NCBI GenBank assembly: GCA_002269645.1
Contig: NIVC01003866.1
Location: forward strand, 9,052 to 73,051
DNA from: Macrostomum lignano
Taxonomy: Eukaryota
Direction: 5' to 3'
DNA: 64,000 bases
A program made the translations under genes and the position numbers. Below, piece after piece: positions 53,692-64,000 of this stretch; position 1 is the stretch's first letter; the number at the start of each line of letters is the position of its first letter. Below the pieces are notes generated by a model. The model saw only the letters and a program-made list of their open reading frames with translations, made no database searches and had not been told where the DNA came from.

Positions 53692-54389
53692 ATGACTTCA
53701 AAGGATGACGAATATGACTATCTTTTCAAAGGTACATTCTTTATTTTGAAATATGATATTATTTTTTCCCTTCCTGCAGTGGCGTACGCAGAATTTTCCA
53801 TTGAAGGGGGCGCCAACAGACCAGGGGGAGTATCGTCCATCTGCACCGACAAGTTGCAAAAATAAAGGACATTTTTGGGGTTCTCTCTGGCTAGTCGCCT
53901 CTGGCAAGACCTCCATCAGTCACCCCCTAGGTAATAGGGGGGGGGGGCTGCGTAAGCCACCGCCTTCCTAGCCTATTTGAGTCCTGAATTCTGGTTCATC
54001 CATGTCTCGGAATTAAGTTAACATTTTTTCCCTACCCATAACCCGTTATCTTTCAATTTGCACTCACCCATTTTTAATGATAATGAATTTTTGTTAGTGA
54101 ATCCATGCCACCCCAATAGATTGTGGTTTGATTTTAGTTCTAAATATGCTACAATTTCATGATGAAATGAAACTTACCTATATTTTATCTGATTTGTCTC
54201 TATTAGACACAAGACTATAAATGATCAAAAAAAGTTTTTATTTTGATTTAAACTTCTATCTATATAATTAACTAGTTTTATATTTTTCTAATTCTTAATA
54301 CAATTAACCTTAAATTCTTAACTCCGACCAAAGCAATACATATATAATCCTTTGTAATTCAAAGAATATATATTAATCTACATATTTTG

Positions 54390-54444
<55 letters not shown>

Positions 54445-57400
54445 TAACACACGCTGGCGCAGGGGTTAGCAAAGCACCCATTGGTGGAAAACAGCTGTCC
54501 AGCCTAGCTACAGACTAAGAGGTAAGGCCCAGAGCCTGCAAGTCAGTGAGAAGAGTGTCAGTCAGAGTGGTGCAGCATGCCTGGCCCTGGTGGAGTCTCC
54601 CACAAGGCAGGCTAAGTAGTAGGTCAGCGAGTGGGGCCTGGTGCCTCGTGTGTGGGCCCACAGGCAGTGGCCTGCAGCCCCACATCTGGCGCTGCCTCTG
54701 CAAAGTGCGACCAGGGGCGGCATGTGGGTCTGGACTGTCAGCTCAGCATTGCTCACGCGCTTGGGGAACTGGATACCCAGGGCATTGCGCAGGAGGTGAT
54801 GATGGCAGGCCTCCAAGCTCGCCTCACGAGTGGCAGTCATGGGGATGGCTTCCAGCCTGTAGGTCAGCACCTGTGGTGGAAGAGTCAACTGCCTCTTCCA
54901 CTTGGCAGTTGAGATTTTTTTATAGAAGTGATAATATAGCAAAAATCATTTCCTTAATAAGTACAAAATGCTATTTATCTTTTCTACTCATTTAATAGCA
55001 TTTATTATTAAAAATTACAAAACCATAAGTATTATTCTCTAGATCTTTATTGTTGTTTACTTATTTTCAATTGTTACCATTTTTATATTATTATAAGATT
55101 TAATACTGCATATGGGTATTGTGGAATCCCCCTAAATACAAATATCAACTTTCCATTTTAGTTGTCCTGATAGGCGACTCTGGAGTTGGCAAGTCCAACC
55201 TGCTCAGCAGATTCACTCGCAATGAGTTCAACCTGGAGTCCAAGTCCACCATTGGTGTAGAGTTTGCTACCCGCAGCATCCGGGTTAATGGCAAAGTTGT
55301 GAAGAGCCAAATCTGGGACACTGCTGGGCAGGAGAGGTGAATACACAAGTTCTGTGTCAAACGTTTAAGACCTGGCTTCAAGAGTTGAATATTTGATTTG
55401 AAATAACCATAGTCAACGTCATTGTAAGAGAATCAGGTGCAAGGGAATCTGCTTTGCCAGCGGGGCAATGAGTCCCAGCTCCCAGTTACTGAACAAAATA
55501 TTTTTAGTGTCAGTTTAGCACCGTTTAGTGCCACAGGCAAGAGTTTAGCGCCAAAGACAAGAGTTTAGCGCCACAGGCAAGAGTTTAGCGCCACAGACAA
55601 GAGTTTAGTGCCACAGGCAAGAGTTTAGCGCCACAGACAAGAGTTTAGTGCCACAGGCAAGAGTTTAGCGCCACAGGCAAGAGTTTAGTAGTGCCACAGG
55701 CAAGAGTTTAGTGCCACAGGCAAGAGGCGAGTTTAGAGCCACAGCCAAGAGTTTAGCTCCACAGGCAAGAGTTTAGCGCCACAGGCAAGAGTTTAGCGCC
55801 ACAGGCAAGAGTTTAGCGCCACAGGCAAGAGTTTAGCGCCACAGGCAAGAGTTTAGTGCCACAGGCAAGAGTTTAGCGCCAAAGTCAAGAGTTTAGCGCC
55901 ACAGACAAGAGTTTAGCGCCACAGGCAAGAGTTTAGTAGTGCCACAGGCAAGAGTTTAGCGCCACAGCCAAGAGTTTAGCTCCACAGGCAAGAGTTTAGC
56001 GCCACAGGCGAGTTTAGCGCCACAGGCAAGAGTTTAGCTCTACAGGCAAGAGGCGAGTTTAGCGCCACAGCCAAGAGTTTAGCTCCACAGGCAAGAGTTT
56101 AGCGCCACAGCCAAGAGTTTAGCTCCACAGGCAAGAGTTTAGCGCCACAGGCAAGAGTTTAGCGCCACAGGCAAGAGTTTAGCGCCACAGGCAAGAGTTT
56201 AGCTCCACAGGCAAGAGTTTAGTAGTGCCACAGGCAAGAGTTTAGCGCCACAGCCAAGAGTTTAGCTCCACAGGCAAGAGTTTAGCGCCACAGGCGAGTT
56301 TAGCGCCACAGGCAAGAGTTTAGCTCCACAGGCAAGAGTTTAGCGCCACAGGCAAGAGTTTAGCGCCACAGGCAAGAGTTTAGTGCCACAGGCAAGAGTT
56401 TAGCACCACAGGCAAGAGTTTAGCGCCACAGACAAGAGTTTAGCACCACAGGCAAGAGTTTAGCGCCACAGACAAGAGTTTAGCGCCACAGACAAGATTT
56501 TATCTTCTGAATTCCGAATTTGTATTCCTACATGTTACCATCAACATTTGCTGTTGAAAGTTGTAAGAATTATTTTCAAGGTCAGGGAATACTTGGCTAC
56601 GCCACTGGACAGACCTTCGGTTACCTTTCACAAAGGGAGGTTTTTTCCTGCGATTTCGATCTCCTTCGCGCATCAGAAAATGTCTGTCTTGGCTATAATT
56701 AACAGCTTTGCAATGGTACAAGTATAGCCCAGCTATCCAGTGCATTGGCTCTGTGCTAGCAGGTGCCGGTTGAGCTGTTCAAGTGTCCCAGACAAATAGG
56801 CGGGTTGGCGCAGTGCAATCTGCATTTTCTACGCTCGGCGCGCTGCTGTTGCTTTGCTAGTTAGGTTGGAGAGATGGGGAGTCAGGGCAGGCCCGTAAGT
56901 TCGAGTGTTTTATAATTAGCAACTTAATTGGCTTGAAAAATCTGATTTGGCCTTGGTATGCCTTCTTGCCGGAGCTAGCTTGAGCTGACGCCGGTGTGTG
57001 GAGTAAAGAGCTTTAGTCACGGACAGTTTCTAGCTTTAGTATACATGTACATGCATTCCCTGGTCCACCGATAGCACTATCAGATTTTGTATAGTGCTAA
57101 GACTTCAGACACAGAAACAGACTGCAGACACGGAACCGATAATTTGCATACCGAAGTCAAGAATCCAGATCCTAAATCCAAGAATCCAGATTCCGAATCC
57201 AAGAATCCAGATCCCAAATCCAAGAATCCAGATTCCGAATCCAAGAATCCAGATCCCAAATCCACAAATCCAGATCACAAATCCTAGAATCCAGATCCCA
57301 AATCCACAAATCCAGATCCCAAATCCTAGAATCCAGATCCCAAATCCTAGAATCCAGATTCCAAATCCTAGAATCCAGATCCCAAATCCAGAAATCCAGA

Positions 57401-59078
57401 TCACAAATCCTAGAATACAGATCCCAAATCCAAGAATCCAGATCCCAAATCCAAGAATCCAGATCCCAAATCCAAGAATCCAGATCCCAAATCCAAGAAT
57501 CCAGATCCCAAATTCAAGAATCCAGATCCCAAATTCAAGAATCCAGATCCCAAATCCAAGAATCCAGATCCCAAATCCAAGAATCCAGATCCCAAATCTA
57601 TAAATCCAGATCCCAAATCCAAGAATCCAGGTCCCAAATCCAAGAATCCAGATCCCAAATCCACGAATCTAGATCCCAAATCCAAGAATCCATATCCCAA
57701 ATCCTAGAATACAGATCCCAAATCCAAGAATCCAGATCCTAAATCCAACAATCCGGTTCTCGAATAAAAAATACCCAGTTGAACAGTTTGCGCTCCCATT
57801 TGCACCTATCAATCAAGGTACCGCGCCATCACTTCCGCCTACTACCGCGGCGCCGTGGGCGCCCTGCTGGTGTACGACATCGCCAAGCACGAGACATTCG
57901 AGAGCTGCGACCGCTGGCTGCGGGAGCTCCGCGACCACGCCGACCCCGCTACCGTGGTTGCCCTGGTTGGCAACAAGTGCGACCTGCGCCACCTGCGCGC
58001 TGTCCCGGCCGACGAGGCGCAAGCCTTCGCCGAGCGGAACAACCTCAGCTTTATGGAGACCAGCGCCCTGGATGCCACTAACGTTGAGGAGGCGTTTGTG
58101 CAGATTCTCACAGGTGAGACTGTTGGATGCTTGAGTCCTGCTGAGTCATTTGGAGTCCACTCGGCTGTAATTGGAATCCGGCGTGTTGCCATGGATATTC
58201 GCTGTCAATATCGGGATAAAATTTTTAATATTTTGATTATATACAGTAAATAGAACCTTTTCAGTAGTCATTAGCCATTAGAATCCTCCCCCAAAGTCAT
58301 TAGCATCCTCCATAAAGCCATTAGAATCCTCTCCAAAGTCATTAGCATCCTCCATAAAGCCATTAGAATCCTCCCCAAAGTCATTTGAATCTTCCCCAAA
58401 GTCATTAGAATCCTTTATAAAGTCATTAGAATCCGCTGCCAGCAGATGACCCCAAACGACCCCTAAATGACCCCAGTTGACCCCAACTGACCACCAAATG
58501 ACCCCAGTTGACCCCAAATGACCACCAAATGACCCCAGTTGACCCCAAATGACCACCAAATGACCCCAGTTGACCCCAAATGACCACCAAATGACCCCAG
58601 TTGACCCCAACTGACCACAAAATGACCCAAGTTGACCCCAAATGACCACCAAATGACCCCAGTTGACCCCAACTGACCACCAAATGACCCCAGTTGACCC
58701 CAAATGACCACCAAATGACCCCAGTTGACCCCAAATGACCACCAAATGACCCCAGTTGACCCCAACTGACCACCAAATGACCCCAGTTGACCCCAAATAA
58801 CCACAAAATGACCCAAGTTGACCCCAAATGACCACCAAATGACCCCAGTTGACCCCAACTGACCACCAAATGACCCCAGTTGACCCCAAATGACCACAAA
58901 ATGACCCCAGTTGACCCCAAATGACCCCAAACCAGGCATCTACCGCATCGCGAGCGCCAGACAGCTCCGGGATGACAACGCGGGCCACGGGGCCCTGCCG
59001 CAGCAGCGCTCCACCGTCAGCCTGGGCGCGGGCGCTGCCCAGCAATCGCAGAGCTCCAAGAAGTCTTGCTGCTCCTAG
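53692..59078 (+). CDS. RAB11: Rab11 small GTPase, 4 exons, 217 aa
   Basis: Exons 53692-53731, 55162-55336, 57818-58113, 58936-59078 (654 nt). [84 protein letters not shown]-terminal CCS prenylation motif. Confidence 0.96.
53777..53962. mobile_element. hAT-type MITE (186 bp) in Rab11 intron 1
   Basis: TIR cagtggcgtacgcag / ctgcgtaagccaccg (13 of 15 complementary); 8-bp TSD ccttcctg / ccttccta. Confidence 0.82.
54392..54915 (-). mobile_element. 5'-truncated non-LTR retrotransposon (RTE-like) with (TAA)n tail
   Basis: Minus-strand translation [43 protein letters not shown]...AGH resembles the post-RT C-terminal region of RTE-type LINEs; ends in (TAA)n at 54392-54444. Confidence 0.72.
55520..56497. 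repeat. 20-bp minisatellite, Rab11 intron 2
   Basis: Unit gccacaggcaagagtttagc. Confidence 0.96.
57155..57750. repeat. 21-bp minisatellite, Rab11 intron 2
   Basis: Unit aatccagatcccaaatccaag. Confidence 0.95.
58270..58932. repeat. Two minisatellites in Rab11 intron 3
   Basis: cattagaatcctccccaaagt (58270-58430) and gaccccagttgaccccaaatgaccaccaaat (58448-58932), the latter abutting the acceptor. Confidence 0.93.
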
Positions 59079-60310
59079 AAGACGATGCCGTCTGTGCCAG
59101 ATTATTTTCGCAAAGCTCGTGAAAATCTCTGACTTGGCTAGTTGAGTTGGACTTAACAATTTCTAGTACAATTTTGGTTGGAACAGACTGGAGGTAGAGC
59201 TTGGAGTGAGTATTCCATAGATTTCTGTATACTGGTTCAAACTGCTCTATATTACTTATATACTGCTTAAAAGACAGTTTCAGTAGAGAGTTAGGCATTG
59301 TCAATAGTGCAATGTGTTTGCTATTCATTCTTGGAACTAATTATATTATTATTTAGCTCTGCTCTGCTCTGTCTCAAAGAATCCAATGAGAATTTTACTC
59401 TTGAGTTTAACTCCTATTTTCTTACAATATGTTTTATTCTTAATTTTTTAATAGCAGACTTTCACTGCAGTCTTTTGTTGGTTTTAATCTCTGCTCTTCA
59501 CTCCTACTAGTTACAGTAGTCAGATGCGGGTCCATTGTGCTAAAAACTCTGGCTCTTGGATTACTAGTTTTAAATGCTTCACAGTGTCTGGCGTTGCCTT
59601 AGCTGCTTTTCTAGGCAATTTTTCCCATCGATTCTGAGTGCTAATTTGAGCACCAGTTTGAGCACCTGTTGTGAGCGCTCAATTGCACTTCTGCGGACAT
59701 ATTTATCTAAGAAATAATTGAGTCACACTACTTACATTAGTAATATAAATGGCTATGTTCGGCCATCTATTCAAGAAAGCTTCTTTTTTTCACTGATGCT
59801 TTATATTGCTTTAGCTGCGTTCCAATCATTCGGAAATATAATAAGCAAATGTATTTCATCATTTTTATGCAGTTGTCAAAGAGGGCATCCTAGACTGTGA
59901 ATTTTATTTATTTTCTATGCTGTTGGCTGCGGTTAGTGCGCTGTTGAACTAGTTTGTCTCTCTGTGATAGGGTAGCGCCTCCCCCCTAACAGTACACAAT
60001 CACAGCGGCTGTGCCGTTGGCTGCACACCTGCCCACTTAAGGTTTTTTTCTGTTTCTATATTAGATTGCACAATAATTTAGGTTTAGGGTAGAAAATAAA
60101 TTTAGGGAGTTGTAGAGATCATCTACTGATAAGTAGAAAGTATAGAATTGTAGCGCTAAAAGCTTGCACGGCGGGAAAAATTTTAATGGTCGAAATATAG
60201 CATTTTGGTCTACAGGGACAGAAACAGATCATGTTAGTACCAGTTGGATTTGGATGTACTTTATACCACTTGAGAGTCCCTCCGAGCTGACTTCCCTTCT
60301 TGCACTTCAG

Positions 60311-60963
60311 AGTCGCAAGTCGCAGTCGCAGCAGCAGCCGGAGACACACGGCTGCGGCGGCGGCGGCGGGGCGGTGGCGGCAGCCCCGACGACCTGCAGA
60401 AGCGTCGCGCCCACTCGCAGTCGGAGCAGCGCCGTCGCAACTCCATCAAGGCCGCCTACGCCGAATTGGCCGCCCTGACTGGCGGCAGCAGCGCCGAGGA
60501 GCCGGCCTTCGGCTCTGGAGAGGCGCCTTTGTCTCCGGCTGGGCGGGCGAGCCGGGCGGCCACCCTTCAGGCGGCCATCAGCCACTTTGAGGCGCTGATG
60601 CGCCAGCGCGATCAGCTCGATAGACAGCTGGCCGCCCTGCGCAAACAGACGGAAGCTGCGCGCCTCATCAATCGAGTTTATCAGCGCCGGGTCAGCCGAG
60701 ACGGCGGCCAGTCAGCCGCCGGAGCGAGCGCGGACGCTGCCAAGCTGGCCGTCTTCCGGCACGTCGCGGACCATCTGGCCGGCTCCTTTGCTAGCCGGCT
60801 GGGCGCCACCGCCGACTGCGGCAGCCTGCTGGACGGCGTCCTGGACTGGCTGGACGACTGCTGCTCGCCCGGCCAGCTGGCCGCCCTCGGCGAGGAGGCC
60901 GTGGCGCGGCACCTGGCAACCCCTCGGCCAGTGTCGAGTAGCAACGGAGAGGCCAGTCGCTAA
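60311..60963 (+). CDS. Divergent MLX-like bHLH-ZIP protein, 5' end not identified
   Basis: Reading 5' of the ORF-track start gives KRRAHSQSEQRRRNSIKAAYAELAAL (basic region, helix 1), SRAATLQAAISHFEAL (helix 2), a zipper, and AKLAVFRHVADHL...LLDGVLDWLDDCCSPGQL (DCD-like). Acceptor cttcttgcacttcag at 60310; TAA at 60961-60963. Confidence 0.8.
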
Positions 60964-63900
60964 AATTGATGACAGGTCTTTCCTACATAAGCTCTCCCAC
61001 ATTGGCTCTTCCCAAGTGGGCTCGGCATTTTACCAGTTTACAATGCAATATAGACGCATTCATAACTAACTTTTCCCGTTTGATTGGTCGCTGTGTTGCA
61101 TGTAAATTACAATCGAAACCATTAGATTGTTCTATTCATGTCGTAGTGGGAAAATGCTTTTTTTATTTGATTTACCATTAAAAATGAATCTGTCAGCTCT
61201 ACTGCATGCAATATTAACGCGGCTTTTCTACTTCCGGTGCTTCCATTATCTTTAACAAACAGTCTTCATTGACAGCAGTTTCAAAATTATTTGAATAAAA
61301 GCAGAAAACTTTTTGGCAGGTTTGAAGTCCTGTCAATTAGCATTTAATTGCTTGCATGCTCTGCATGTGCACTCTTGCACGGTTTTTTATCTCTTATAAG
61401 TTAAGATTGGTCCTACATGTAGCTTTTATAACGGGCGGGGGAGCGTAGGCCAAGGCCATAGCCCCCCAAACCCGGCTTGATCCACCGGCCCAACAAGAGC
61501 GAGGATAAGGAGAGAGACAGCATAGCAGCATAGCGCTACGATATGTATCTAGATAAGTATTTGTACCTTCAATTGAGTAAGGCATTATTATTATTACGTT
61601 ATTGTAAACATCAGATTCACTTTATGAAAGTCAAGATAATGAGAGAATTGAACATGGAGCCACTGGGCCAGACCAATGCAACAATATACGGTACCGTACA
61701 TCACACGAAAGCTTAAAAGACACGCCCGGAAAACATGTAAAAATATGTGCTAGATAGGACTAAATGAACCTGTAAACTATGCAATGTAATCTGCATCAAG
61801 AAATGTTAAGCAACGTTTATACCCGGCCGCCACTCCAGTACGTATGGCAACATTTTCTTGATTACACGGCTAGTACATATATTTTGCATTGCATTATATA
61901 TCAATCGTGCGATATGATGACTCATTTTGGCTTATATTGGGCCTTAAAGCCTTAAATATACTTTTCGAAATGTTTTGAAAAAATAATGAAACTGTCTACC
62001 GCAATTGTCGAATTAAGGTTTAAATGATTCCAAGCCGAAAAATTTAATTCCTTCATCTTAACTCAGGATTGCAGCGAGAATTTTATCTTAAAATTAAAAC
62101 GTTATATTTATTAGCAAGTCTTTTCTAGTTTTAAAGATTAGTCAGTTAATTTTTTCTAAAACCGAGTCTAATCGTTTTTTATCTCTAACAAGCAAACCCT
62201 TTGTTTATTCCTTTTAAACTGCAACATCTTAACTCGGAATTTTCGAGGAACTGAATCAAGAAAATATAAATTTAAGTTAAGCTAACTTATTAGTGCAAAC
62301 ACTAGTTTGGTGAAAGTAATAGCAACTAATAAAATGATATCGTTTATAACTATTCGAGGAAAAGCGAGCCCTATATTCAAGAGTTTGTGTTGTCGGCTTC
62401 ATAAATCAAACCAAATACCGATCCAATGGCATTGCCATCTCCATCAAAAGCAACTTCTCAAACAAATTGGTCTCACTTATACTGGATACAATAAGAGTCC
62501 TCAATATCGTTGTAAGTTAAAATAAGTTTATAAACATGTTAAAAGTTAGTTTTTTACCTCAATGGTATTATTAATAGAAATATGTTGACTCCTATTAGCT
62601 GTAGGTTGGTTGTCTCATATCCACTCATTGTCCATTGATAATAAGACTTAAGACTAAGTAAGAGCCATGTTTTTGCAAGTTTTCTCTTGGAAATATATTG
62701 TAAGTATATTTAAAGTAAAATTCGACTATATTTTAAGATTTAGTAAAAATAGCTTAATTTGAACCATTAAAATGCTAAGCTATTTTCTCAATATTAAAAC
62801 AAGTTAAATATTTGTTAGGATTATGTAGACATGCCAGGATGGAATTCTTGCACCCCCACTCCCGAATCTTACATATACGCCGGAAAATTCCGGCATACAG
62901 TAGACCTGAAAATATGCTTGGCGTATAACATCCGGCGTAACACAACAGCTATGCCAATTGTGCACCACTGCGCCGGCGTATCGGTGTCTGGCGCAGATGT
63001 CTGGCGTGGCAGTAGACATATAAAAATGATGTATTCACATATTGTATGTTCAATTGACGTACAAAAAATGTTTAAAAATGTTTTTACAAACAAAATGTTA
63101 AAACAAAATACAAAACAAGAAACACTATACAACAGTTACTATTTATTTATTCTCAGATTTTTGTGTTTATTAAAGTAAAAGGTAATTTTACTCAAAAAGA
63201 AAAGGGACCTAAAATGTGAGTTTCAATTTAGCGTAACGTTGCAATTTTGTTCGGCGTACATATCATGTACAAAATTTTTTTCTGGCATAAACTTAAATTT
63301 ATGGCGTAAGGGGTCATTTTTTCCGGCGTACCATACAACAGATTCGAAAGTGTGGTCTTGCACAAAAGTTGTTACACGTTTGTGCATGCTTGTCATATTT
63401 GTGCGCGCTTGCATGCTGAAAAGGAGTGTACTTGCGTGCTCTTAAAGAAGGTGTGTGCATGCTCATTGTATGCGCTTGCAAAGAAGCTGTTTGCTGCAGA
63501 ATCAAAGACAGGATTTGACTTTTACATGCATTCAACATGGTTAGGCCTATGTGCCATGTAGTGTATACACACTCAAGTTCTCCTACTTTTCATAGTCTGG
63601 AAGGTTGTTTTTGCAGAAAAATTTAAACAAAGTAAAATAAAGAATAATAGTTTTAGCAAAAAACAGTTACTTTAAAGTTCAGTGAAACTCCTATAATTTT
63701 TAAAGAATATTTTCTCTAAAAAGTATAGTGTTCAAGCTACCTTACACACTTAAAGTACAGATTTCTAATTTACATCGGCATAAGAATTGAAAAAACTAGA
63801 AATTTCATTTTTAGCCATGGGCCATGATCTGCATTATGACTTTTTTTTATAGCTGGCTTGCATGCTTGTGCGCTGCTCCAAAAAACTTGCGCGGCGTGCT

Positions 63901-64000
63901 CTACAAAACTTGCGCGCGCATTTTCCTAGCCCCCGAGCAAGAATTCCATCCTGCTAGACATGCTATTAGAAATTTGACATTTTGATGTCTATGCTTTTTG

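Overview
Eukaryotic (metazoan, invertebrate) genomic DNA with GC-rich exons, GT-AG introns and a different minisatellite in almost every intron; this style suggests a flatworm such as Macrostomum (inference, not verified). Left to right: a decayed Ty3/Gypsy LTR retrotransposon (minus, runs off the left edge); a 16-exon NALCN sodium-leak channel gene (+, 6720-27022) with an EEEE pore signature, an atypical domain II pore exon and three 1-nt frameshifts; a young Ty3/Gypsy element (identical 253-bp LTRs, 5-bp TSD, open gag-pol ORF lacking the Gag N-terminus) inside NALCN intron 1; a 5-exon FAN1 nuclease gene; an orphan Pro/Ser/Ala-rich ORF; a two-exon gene for a small secreted six-cysteine peptide precursor (minus) that the ORF track misses; a tRNA-headed CORE-like SINE; MLX (minus); Rab11 (+); and a second, divergent MLX-like bHLH-ZIP gene (+). 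Also MITEs, a truncated RTE-like LINE and about 25 tandem arrays. No rRNA, true tRNA gene or CRISPR array was seen. All exon boundaries were read by hand and family comparisons are from memory of known proteins, not database searches.
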